DNA of 64,000 nt from a virus: IMG/VR virus record IMGVR_UViG_3300030108_003091, positions 7,562 to 71,561 of that record. The stretch is one strand, 5' to 3'. Shown here in pieces: positions 26,600 to 35,107 of the stretch. The position numbers and the translations under genes were made by a program. Each line of letters opens with the position of its first letter. The first letter of the stretch is position 1. Below the pieces are notes generated by a model. The model did no database searches. It saw nothing but the letters and a program-made list of their open reading frames with translations, and was not told where the DNA came from.

Positions 26600-26788
26600 T
26601 TAGTCAGTTGTGGGTTTCTGTTTTACAGGTTTCTTCTTTTTCGCGAGTTGCCACGCTTTTGTTAGTCCGTGACTTGCGATGCTTTTGCCTGTCAGTATTC
26701 TACGCTCTTTGCTTCTCATATGCTCATAGACGTACGCATCTTGGTGCGGCATGTCCATAATATGACGTAGCTTACCTTCGTTCAACAT
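26600..26788 (-). CDS. Hypothetical basic protein
   Basis: TAATG overlap with the upstream gene. Confidence 0.55.
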   Translation of the reverse strand: MLNEGKLRHIMDMPHQDAYVYEHMRSKERRILTGKSIASHGLTKAWQLAKKKKPVKQKPTTD

Positions 26789-27270
26789 TACTCAATGCCT
26801 TTCACCAAGTCAGCCGCAGAAGCTATTTTTTGTTTCGACTTACCTGCAGCAATAAGTTCTTGGCTACGCCTTTTCTGGTGTTCCTTGATACCTTTACGCA
26901 TGTTATCGTCAATACCGTGGCTCTTGCGTTGCATGAAGGAACGGTGTCTAAGTTCGTCTAATCGCGTGCTTTTTTGTGAGTCGCTCTCATGGCTAATCTC
27001 TACACGCTTACCTGGAAACTTCTTTTCGATGGCAGCTACGCATCGGTCGTAGTCTTCTTTTGTTTCTGCGGTACCAAGTACACCGAAGTCGACTGGAGCA
27101 AATGAGCCATAGCCCTGACCGTGGATCGCAAAGCTAAATCCACGAAAACTCATCTTACGTTCGCTACCACATACAGGACAATCATCAGGCCCATCGGCGC
27201 GTTTGTACATAGCTTCGTGCTCAAAGTAGTCACAGCCCGTACACTCTACGTTGTTGATTATGTAACTCAT
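26788..27270 (-). CDS. FmdB-like zinc-ribbon protein
   Basis: ECTGC...CPVCG near the N-terminus. Confidence 0.65.
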   Translation of the reverse strand: MSYIINNVECTGCDYFEHEAMYKRADGPDDCPVCGSERKMSFRGFSFAIHGQGYGSFAPVDFGVLGTAETKEDYDRCVAAIEKKFPGKRVEISHESDSQKSTRLDELRHRSFMQRKSHGIDDNMRKGIKEHQKRRSQELIAAGKSKQKIASAADLVKGIE

Positions 27271-28415
27271 TTATCTTTATTCCTGTCATACGCTTCAAAC
27301 ATTCGACTAAACTCTTCGGCACCTTTTCTCGCTTCGTCTTCTCGCGCTTTGTTTATCGCAGCTTGTTCTGGATCATCATGTTCACGAAATACATTGTTTT
27401 CACTTCCTTCCTGTCCGTAGTCATCGGGACGAAGGAATACAGCGCCGTCATTGTGTACTTGCCTTGTATACGGTTTCCCGTTTACTTCTACGCTCGATTC
27501 TTCTATAGGTTCTGATTGGTGGTACTTATAGTAGTTTTCTCGCGCTGCGCTTTGCCCTGCTGCCCGCAACTCATCGGCACTCATGTTTTCTGCGCCAGGT
27601 ATGAATGGTCCGTATATCTCTGCGTTAGTGTTGAGTATTGCTTCAGTGTCTTCGTCTATTGCACTTCTTTCGCCACCATCTTCACTTTTTCTGTCTTCGT
27701 CAGCTTCTATCGTTTGTCTTACAATGTCGCGAGCAGCTTCCTTCCTTTCCTCCATAAGTTTTCTAAACTCTTCACTGTTTACGTCTTCAGACCCAATTTC
27801 TTCAGTTTTTGTTTGTAGGTCATCTTGCGACTCCATAAGTTCGTTTTGAATGATGTCTTCTCGCGGGAGCGGGTCATCATCACTCACTGGATCTCGTTTG
27901 TCTGCATCTTCAAAAAACTTCCTGAACGCAGCTTTACCATCAGATTCTTCTGATTGATTACTCATACTTAGGTTTGTACGAGGACTACCGAAACTAAAAC
28001 TTTTTTGGAGTTCTCTTTTTTGTGCGTCAAGTTTTTCGGCAAAGTCAGGGTTTTTGCGACGAAATACAGCGGCCGCGTATTTACGTTGCTGAGTGGGGGT
28101 GCCTTTGGGCACGGTTACAGTGCCTGTACCTGCCTCACCCTTATCATCAAGACTAATCTGTGTACGCATGTCTTCCAGTACGTTTCCGGCAGTTGTTGAG
28201 CCTGAGATAGCGCCCGGTTCTTTTTCGTCTTCATCGTCAAGAGAAGCACCACCAATGGCTGTGCGTTCTTTGAAGTAGCTGTCAGGTAGTCGTTGACCTT
28301 TCTTGTACGCTGCTTGACCACGCTTAATAACTTTAGCCTGACGCGCTTTGTTCTTTGCGCCTGCAGTGTACTTCTGAGGTAGTCCTAGTTTGTATGGTTG
28401 GGTTTTCTTTCCCAC
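27267..28415 (-). CDS. Hypothetical protein with basic N-terminus and acidic body
   Basis: 382-aa ORF, GTG start after a GAGGTGA RBS. Confidence 0.75.
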   Translation of the reverse strand: MGKKTQPYKLGLPQKYTAGAKNKARQAKVIKRGQAAYKKGQRLPDSYFKERTAIGGASLDDEDEKEPGAISGSTTAGNVLEDMRTQISLDDKGEAGTGTVTVPKGTPTQQRKYAAAVFRRKNPDFAEKLDAQKRELQKSFSFGSPRTNLSMSNQSEESDGKAAFRKFFEDADKRDPVSDDDPLPREDIIQNELMESQDDLQTKTEEIGSEDVNSEEFRKLMEERKEAARDIVRQTIEADEDRKSEDGGERSAIDEDTEAILNTNAEIYGPFIPGAENMSADELRAAGQSAARENYYKYHQSEPIEESSVEVNGKPYTRQVHNDGAVFLRPDDYGQEGSENNVFREHDDPEQAAINKAREDEARKGAEEFSRMFEAYDRNKDK

Positions 28416-28418
28416 GAA

Positions 28419-28736
28419 TCACCTCAAGTCTGTATCGTGCTTTTTAGAGCCTCGAATGAAGCTGTTGACCCTACCCATGGCCCAAGCAGCCATCGACACA
28501 CCTTTACGTGAACCAGAAGATAGGTAAGCGCCCTGACCGCGACGATACACTTTGACTAGTGTGCCGTAGGACTTACCTGACTTCTTTGCTTTCTCGCGCA
28601 AAGTCTTCTTGGTCGACTCACTTAACGGTTTGGCTTTTGACTTAGTCTTAGACTTGGATTTAGAGCCACTTTTCTTTTTAGATGTCTTACGCTTTGTTTT
28701 CAGTGCAGACGTAATCATGTCACGTTTAGTTGCCAT
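28419..28736 (-). CDS. Basic viral protein, DUF5824-like
   Basis: L.KVY.RG.GAY.SSGSR.G.....WA..RV.SF motif. Confidence 0.7.
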   Translation of the reverse strand: MATKRDMITSALKTKRKTSKKKSGSKSKSKTKSKAKPLSESTKKTLREKAKKSGKSYGTLVKVYRRGQGAYLSSGSRKGVSMAAWAMGRVNSFIRGSKKHDTDLR

Positions 28737-29044
28737 TACCACTTCACCTTGTCAGCCCAATAAGCCGCACTCATTTTACCTTTTGCGATGTTCTTGCGGT
28801 GCCTTGATTTAAAACTTGCCCGCTTTTTCTTCATGCGATCAGACTCACCTTTTTTGGGCTTGCCTGCTGTGCTGGCGCCTTGTTGACCAAACCGTATCAG
28901 CTTGATTCTGTCACCCTCTTGAGCCAATACAATATGGCTTTTGGTCGGGTGTTTAGGTGTGCGTTTTGGTTTGTTCACACCTTGAAGTCGGTGCTTTTTG
29001 ATCAGCATCGCTTTACGTATTTGGTCTCGTTTTGACAGCGCCAT
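28736..29044 (-). CDS. Basic phage protein, DUF6321/DUF5754-like
   Basis: K.IRFGQQG...R.SFK.RH...SAAYWA.K.KW. Confidence 0.7.
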   Translation of the reverse strand: MALSKRDQIRKAMLIKKHRLQGVNKPKRTPKHPTKSHIVLAQEGDRIKLIRFGQQGASTAGKPKKGESDRMKKKRASFKSRHRKNIAKGKMSAAYWADKVKW

Positions 29045-29053
29045 ATCAAGTCC

Positions 29054-30772
29054 CTACTCTTGCCGTATCGGTGCGCCACCGCCAGCGGCTAGTGCGTCTT
29101 CGGGCTCGGTTAACGCTTGCTCTTCGGGGTTTAGTTCGACGACGTTTTGGTCGAGTGCTTGTTGCGTTTCTGTTAGTGCCCGATCCGCACCGGCAGGCGA
29201 CTGAGCACCTGCAATCATCAACTCTTGTTGCTGCGCGGCGGCTGCGCTCATTGCAGCATCCTTTGGCGGCATCAGTACGTTCTTTGATAGACCAATACCT
29301 TCGATTAGTTCTTCGGTAAGTCTGCGTACGTCAACGTGCGGGCTTTGTACAAGCATTGGGAGCATCTGAATCATAGACTCCAATACAACTGCGGGGTTGC
29401 GTTGCATTGGATGGTGTGTGGTCATTTCAAAGTCGACCAGTACGTCTGCGATTGAGTCCAATGTAACTGTGTCCCACCTACGTTCTCCTGTGACGCGTAC
29501 CGTTTTGGGCTCACTCATGTAAAGCTTAGACAAGTAAAAAGCTTTCGCCGCCACGTCTTGAAGCGCGTCGTTGAGGTGTCCTTCGCGAGTGGCGAGTCGG
29601 TTCCGCATTTGGGAGTCGATGATTGCCATTTCGGTCGCGGTCCTGGCTCCAGTAACCTGTCCTCGGGCGGCTTCAGCAAGTGCAGAAATAAAAGCAGCAT
29701 CGTCTTCCTGTCGAGCGATGAACTCTTTAACTCCCTGCGGTGAATCAGGCATCGGCATTGGGTAAAACAAAGTAGCTAAGTTTCTGATTGTTTCACTGTT
29801 CTCAGGCGCTACACCGATGAACGCTCCGGTAGATGACTCAACCGCTTTGTTCAAGTCCTCTTCTGTGATCCGTCCTGCATCGTACAGAATCCTCGGGATC
29901 ATCAAATATGTGATCTGTTTCATGTGGCTGAGTAGATCGTTGACCGTTTGCTGTTGGTCAAGAATCAACTGCACTTCACTAAGACCGAGGCAGTCAACGC
30001 CAGAATGGTTCAAGCTGAACATCGAATAGGGAATGTAGTCAATCTTGTCTTGGAACACTACCGCGTTAGCTTGCTTGACGTAGTGCTGTACAATGTTCTT
30101 TTGTCGGTCGTAGTACTCCCATACCGTTACCCACTGAAAAGAGTCTCGTACCGTGTTCTTTTGGTTCTTTTGTGATCGGTCGAGCAACCAGCTTGGAAAC
30201 CGATCAGGTTTGATGTCACCAAGTTTATCTGACTTGTATCGGCCTGACTGCACACGGGCCTTGAACTCGGGCCAAGGCATCACTGTGGCTTCTAACCAAT
30301 AACGAATGTCGTCTACGTCCCGCACAGTCATATCGAAAAACAATGCGCTTGGGTCAACCACTTTGATGACGGGCTTGTCCTCAACACTGCTCCAACCAGT
30401 TTTGAAGATGCCCCGCTTACAAAGAACCGCGTCAATGAGTGCCGTAGCTGCGCGTCTACGCATTTTGTTCGACTGGAATACGTACTCCATAAACCCATTG
30501 ATTGCTGGTGCTGCGTCTTCGCTCTGCGGGTTTCTTGCGTTTGCAGCCACAACGGGGTTGGGTCCAAGTAACGCAGAGACCGCCGTATCTGCGATGGCGT
30601 ACACAAGGTTCTTTGAACTTAGTAGTGAGTTGTTTACGTCACCAATGTCTGAGTTTTCTTTGTTCGCAAAAAAGTCTCCGCGATAGAAACGTCGTGCGCG
30701 GTCAAAAGATTTCTTTTCGTTCTTTTGGTAGAACGAAAGGTGTTTGTCGATGAGTTGACTAAGTTTATCCAT
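29054..30772 (-). CDS. Portal protein, P22/podovirus-like
   Basis: ~570 aa downstream of the terminase; G..K.GW, DP..LFFD, RG......TATE. Confidence 0.85.
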   Translation of the reverse strand: MDKLSQLIDKHLSFYQKNEKKSFDRARRFYRGDFFANKENSDIGDVNNSLLSSKNLVYAIADTAVSALLGPNPVVAANARNPQSEDAAPAINGFMEYVFQSNKMRRRAATALIDAVLCKRGIFKTGWSSVEDKPVIKVVDPSALFFDMTVRDVDDIRYWLEATVMPWPEFKARVQSGRYKSDKLGDIKPDRFPSWLLDRSQKNQKNTVRDSFQWVTVWEYYDRQKNIVQHYVKQANAVVFQDKIDYIPYSMFSLNHSGVDCLGLSEVQLILDQQQTVNDLLSHMKQITYLMIPRILYDAGRITEEDLNKAVESSTGAFIGVAPENSETIRNLATLFYPMPMPDSPQGVKEFIARQEDDAAFISALAEAARGQVTGARTATEMAIIDSQMRNRLATREGHLNDALQDVAAKAFYLSKLYMSEPKTVRVTGERRWDTVTLDSIADVLVDFEMTTHHPMQRNPAVVLESMIQMLPMLVQSPHVDVRRLTEELIEGIGLSKNVLMPPKDAAMSAAAAQQQELMIAGAQSPAGADRALTETQQALDQNVVELNPEEQALTEPEDALAAGGGAPIRQE

Positions 30773-31115
30773 TGTTGCCGCTACCATCCTGCATTTGATT
30801 CGCCATTGTTAGCGCACTTTGTATAATCTGTCTTGGTGTGCTTCCACCTGTTTGTGCCATTACAGTCGATGTCTGACCAGAACTCAGACCCATTTGACGG
30901 AGCGCTTTTTTCAACAGTTGATTTTGTTTCGACGATAGCGCGCCTCGCTCGATAAAACCAGATTTATCTCCGGTGGTTACAAACGCCGCTTTTTCGTCGG
31001 CAGACATGTTCTTTCGGAACATTGCGTCAAGACCGCGCAACCCCCGCTTTAGCATGTTGCCTGATTGAGCCTTGAAGTCTTTACGCGCTGACTCGGTTTT
31101 GAAGACTTTGCCCAT
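30765..31115 (-). CDS. Hypothetical protein
   Basis: Starts at a GGAGGTGGGTGATG junction. Confidence 0.65.
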   Translation of the reverse strand: MGKVFKTESARKDFKAQSGNMLKRGLRGLDAMFRKNMSADEKAAFVTTGDKSGFIERGALSSKQNQLLKKALRQMGLSSGQTSTVMAQTGGSTPRQIIQSALTMANQMQDGSGNNG

Positions 31116-31372
31116 CACCCACCTCCACTAATAATGCGTGCAACGGGTTTAGGTACCGGCGCGTTTTTCAGATTTTTTGAGTTTTTGTAATCGACTATAT
31201 TGTTTTGTCCGCGATCTGATTCGGCAAAAATCTTTACCTTGTGTTCAGGTGCTTCGACCAAAGTTTGTACAATATTGTTGCCTCGGTCGTCGATTTCGTA
31301 CAGTTTTCGGCTATCGATAGTGCCTATAGTTGCAGCGACGGCTTTCGTTTTTGTGTAGTCGTACAGTGCCAT
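31115..31372 (-). CDS. Hypothetical protein
   Basis: Abuts the terminase stop codon; GGAGG RBS. Confidence 0.65.
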   Translation of the reverse strand: MALYDYTKTKAVAATIGTIDSRKLYEIDDRGNNIVQTLVEAPEHKVKIFAESDRGQNNIVDYKNSKNLKNAPVPKPVARIISGGG

Positions 31373-33040
31373 TTAGCCTCCAAATCGAGATACGGGTTTG
31401 TATGGGTTTCTGTAACGCATTTTCTCTGAATGCTTTATCTTGTCAAGGTCCTTGATTGTGACTTGACCCGGTACGTACGGCGATGATGGTACATCATTTT
31501 GTACTTTGTTGAACTTCCTTTTCGACAAAATATCAGCCGCCATAACCGCTGTTCGGGCTCGGTCAAAGTGGTGTGTCGTACCATCGAGACCTTTGGCTCG
31601 TTTCTTTCGGCTACCGTCGTAGTTTACGAGTTGGTGCAAAAGACCTCGACTACGTACTTCAATGTCACCTTGCCGGATCATGCGCACTAAACGCGCTTCT
31701 GCCTCTTGGATTCGTTTGTCTGTTGCGTACCAACCAGGATGACTGCGATCCGTCCACAGTAAGTTCTTAGCGTTAGAGTCACGTAAGATAGCAATACACG
31801 CTGTTGCGTTAGATTCGACGATGAGCATGGCGCCACCGTAGTGCTTTTGCACCATGAGTAGTCGACGAGCAAACTTCGCGGGGTCCTCACGCTCTTCCCA
31901 AAAAGCTACCTCACGTCTTTCTTCTGCGTCCCATACAGTCAATGCGGACTTGTCACCTCGGGCACCAAAACCAGCAGGGTCAGCCGTGATGATATACTTG
32001 GTGTTTGGTTTGGGTGGGTCCAGTTCGTTGCACCCGTAAGATCCGACACCAGGGTCGTTGACTGCTTTTGCCAATGCAGGCTTGAGCACGTCCACCGGCA
32101 TGACAGGGTTTAGTGAGCCAATCCAACCATCATAGGGGTCGGACGGATACTTAGACGTAAACAGTCGAGGATCACCCGCAAACTCTGTTTCAAGACCTAA
32201 CCGTCTGAACGCAAGGTTCTCGTTGGTCATGCCAGGGTGACGGGCTCTGTATGCAATCTCTGAGTCTGTGGGAACAAATCCCTCTGCGGGTACACGACAA
32301 CTATCGTCGTCCCACCAGTTTAGGAACAACGGAGTAAACCGACCCTTACCTTCCATGGTGGAGTGCCACATTTGTTCGTGGTGTGAGCCAGCCCGACCAG
32401 GAGTAGATTCCAAGATGACCCGTGCGTTGGGTCGTTTGTTGATTGTGGGGAAGATGTTGACCGCTGCTTTGCGCTGCCATTGTGCTTCACCAAACTCTGT
32501 GATGATGAGCCTATCAATAGAACGACCAACTGCGGGGGAGCGCCCACCTGCCGTGAGTACTTTAATGCCTCCACCGTGCAGGAAATGTATTTGAGTCGCC
32601 CCGGCCTTGCGGCCAGGGGCCAAAGGCATTCTTACGTCACTTGGTAATCTATGATAGGCAAACAAGATTCGTTCGAACACGTCTTCGGCCGTGTCTTGCC
32701 GCTCTGCGATTAGCGTACCCTTTACACCGCTTAAATACATGCAGTCTCGTAGTAAGAGCATGACGCTGATAGTTGTGATCTTAGCCTGACGAAACTTATT
32801 CACCATTGTCCAACGGTTGTTCGCATATGCGTGCAGTAGTCTTCGTTGTGTTGGTGTAGGGTTCATGTACCCTGTAGACTCGTCTTCTCGCACAATCTGA
32901 CACATGGATACAAACGCGTCAGGTGTAGAAAACATGGCTTGTATCTTGACCATGTTGAGTCCGTCTACGTGAGCAAGCTTTGCTCCACTCGGTAAGCCTA
33001 TTGGTCTTGAACCTTCAACACTTGCTTTCGCCTTCGCCAT
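31373..33040 (-). CDS. terL: Terminase large subunit
   Basis: P-loop-like KFRQAKITT, Walker B LIITE, coupling motif ESTP, RNase H-fold ITADPAG..GD.SA, IVESN. Confidence 0.9.
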   Translation of the reverse strand: MAKAKASVEGSRPIGLPSGAKLAHVDGLNMVKIQAMFSTPDAFVSMCQIVREDESTGYMNPTPTQRRLLHAYANNRWTMVNKFRQAKITTISVMLLLRDCMYLSGVKGTLIAERQDTAEDVFERILFAYHRLPSDVRMPLAPGRKAGATQIHFLHGGGIKVLTAGGRSPAVGRSIDRLIITEFGEAQWQRKAAVNIFPTINKRPNARVILESTPGRAGSHHEQMWHSTMEGKGRFTPLFLNWWDDDSCRVPAEGFVPTDSEIAYRARHPGMTNENLAFRRLGLETEFAGDPRLFTSKYPSDPYDGWIGSLNPVMPVDVLKPALAKAVNDPGVGSYGCNELDPPKPNTKYIITADPAGFGARGDKSALTVWDAEERREVAFWEEREDPAKFARRLLMVQKHYGGAMLIVESNATACIAILRDSNAKNLLWTDRSHPGWYATDKRIQEAEARLVRMIRQGDIEVRSRGLLHQLVNYDGSRKKRAKGLDGTTHHFDRARTAVMAADILSKRKFNKVQNDVPSSPYVPGQVTIKDLDKIKHSEKMRYRNPYKPVSRFGG

Positions 33041-33100
33041 TGCACCACCTATGCAACCATGGTATCACGGAAGTCGAACAAAGCACATTAGGAAGTAGCT

Positions 33101-33250
33101 ATGTCTATCGGAAGTGATGTTGCCAACACGACCCGCCCCAACAGGAAAGGTAGTGACGACGACAAAAAAGAAAGGCGCAAAATGCTCACAGTTACAATGG
33201 AGCAGTTGAAGCAAAAGCGGGACAAAAAGAAGTCGGGCTACTCGAAATAA
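33101..33250 (+). CDS. Small basic protein, 49 aa
   Basis: AGGA RBS; MSIGSDVANTTRPNRKGSDDDKKERRKM...; below the ORF track cutoff. Confidence 0.4.
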   Translation: MSIGSDVANTTRPNRKGSDDDKKERRKMLTVTMEQLKQKRDKKKSGYSK

Positions 33251-33420
33251 CCTTTAAAGTTGTAGATTAAGTTACCCGTTAACTTGTCAATATGCTTTAC
33301 GTAGTGTAGAAGTAATGTACGCACCCCCCAAGTTTGTTCGGGTAGCCGCAAGGTCCGTGTGGGTTGGTCAGGGCAGGCGGCGGTTGAATCGAACTACTTA
33401 AAATATAACTAAGGTGCAAA

Positions 33421-34494
33421 ATGTCCATTTCGACAGAACTATTGAACTCCACCTTTGAGGATCTTCGTGGTCCTCTGGTGAACTCATTTGTTCGTAGCAG
33501 CGAACTGTTCGAAGCACTCGACAAGAAAGCGCGGATTCCCATGGAAGGCGGTACACTCATTGAGCGTACATTCTCCGGTGGTGCTCCTGCTCGCGGTGTC
33601 GGTATTTATGTTGGTGATGAACTTCTCAACATGACCCGTCGTCAAGAGATCCGTAAGTTTCAAATCGAGCCTCATCGACTTGCTGTTGCGATTAACATTC
33701 CCAAGAAAGAACTTCAGATGAACAGCGGTAAGCTGGCCATCATTCGTCTCATCGAAGAGTATCCCAAGACTGTTCTTGAAGGTGCCAAGGCTGATATTAA
33801 CTCTTACCTGCTCACAGGTACGAGTCGCGGTATCGTCTTCAACACTTCTGAGTTGTCTGGTTTGCTTTCTCTGAACGGTGATGTTTCTACCGGTATCGGT
33901 ACAGGTATCACTCATGGTCTACTTGATTGGCAACCCCCTGCCAACCAAAGTGACAAGGTTCAGAATGTGACCAAGAGCAATAGCTACTTCCACTTCAACC
34001 AGTATGCCGACATCGGCACCTACACGACAGATGGTACTAAGACGCTTCGTAAGCTGTATCGTCAGTGTGCTCATTTTGCTGGTGGTCTTGGTAAGGGTCC
34101 TGACCTTGTTATCTTCGATGACGACACTTTTGCTAACTTCGAGAACGACAAGCTAAACAACGTGCGTGTCCAACTCGTAGAAGACAAGACTGAAAAGAGC
34201 ACCATGCTCGGACTTAGCCTTGGAATCGCAGAAGTTCTTTCATCACTTGACTTGGACACTTCACTTATGACTTCGTCTGCAGCTACTGGTGCAACTTCTG
34301 CGCCTTCTGCTGGAGCAGGTTACATGCTCAACACTGACTTCATTGAGTTTGCAATGGCGGAAGCACCGACCATTAGCGAGTTCAAAGAGCGTGTTGGTGA
34401 CCAAGATGTCGTGACTGCTGTGTTCACTATGCAAGGAAACATGATCTGTACCAAGACTCCCGCTCAAGGGTGTGTTGCTGGAGGTGCCGCATGA
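33421..34494 (+). CDS. Major capsid protein
   Basis: 357 aa; first gene of the structural operon; GG..I motif, MNSGK..II.L, biased codon usage. Confidence 0.8.
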   Translation: MSISTELLNSTFEDLRGPLVNSFVRSSELFEALDKKARIPMEGGTLIERTFSGGAPARGVGIYVGDELLNMTRRQEIRKFQIEPHRLAVAINIPKKELQMNSGKLAIIRLIEEYPKTVLEGAKADINSYLLTGTSRGIVFNTSELSGLLSLNGDVSTGIGTGITHGLLDWQPPANQSDKVQNVTKSNSYFHFNQYADIGTYTTDGTKTLRKLYRQCAHFAGGLGKGPDLVIFDDDTFANFENDKLNNVRVQLVEDKTEKSTMLGLSLGIAEVLSSLDLDTSLMTSSAATGATSAPSAGAGYMLNTDFIEFAMAEAPTISEFKERVGDQDVVTAVFTMQGNMICTKTPAQGCVAGGAA

Positions 34495-35039
34495 GTAATC
34501 AGTTTTCATCCGGCGCTTCTGTCGTTGATGGTGAGGTTTCAAAAGATTGGCCTTTGTCTCAATATGATGATGAAGTCTATCCATTGGGAACTCGTCGAGT
34601 ACAACTTGCGGACGAAGTAAACGCGGCTAACTCTACTCACTACGGTGATCGGGAATGGGTCTTCGTTTACAACGACGAAACGTCAACTGACTTTGCGGAA
34701 GGTGACTTGATCAAAATCGATACAACGTCAGCTACTGTGTCAGAACGGTATGCACCGTTTCACGGGATCTTGTCTAATGCCGCAGCAACGTCTGCCGGTT
34801 TGATGCTAGGTGTTGCAGGTGGCGCAATTGCGGCAGGCAAGTACGGTTGGGTAGTCAGTCGTGGTGTTTGCGAGGCCAAGGGTGACGGTAGCGTCAACCA
34901 AGGCGAGTCGATTGTGTCTCACACTTCAGGTCAGGTTGATACCATGGCTTCTGGTGAGGAAGCTGCAATCATTGGTGTTGCTCTTGAGGACGATGGATCT
35001 GCCGGTGACAAGTTCACCGTTAAGGTCTTCATTCCGTAG
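34491..35039 (+). CDS. Capsid decoration/cement protein
   Basis: ATGA overlap with the capsid gene; YPLG, GVA..AIAAG.YGW....G, IGVALE. Confidence 0.7.
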   Translation: MSNQFSSGASVVDGEVSKDWPLSQYDDEVYPLGTRRVQLADEVNAANSTHYGDREWVFVYNDETSTDFAEGDLIKIDTTSATVSERYAPFHGILSNAAATSAGLMLGVAGGAIAAGKYGWVVSRGVCEAKGDGSVNQGESIVSHTSGQVDTMASGEEAAIIGVALEDDGSAGDKFTVKVFIP

Positions 35040-35062
35040 TCACTGACTTCGTGATACAATAA

Positions 35063-35097
35063 GCGGGAACCTCTCAACGGGGTTCCCGTTTTTTCTT
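35063..35097 (+). terminator. Rho-independent terminator after the capsid genes
   Basis: GCGGGAACCTC-TCAAC-GGGGTTCCCGT followed by a T run. Confidence 0.8.
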
Positions 35098-35107
35098 TGG
35101 AGGTAAA

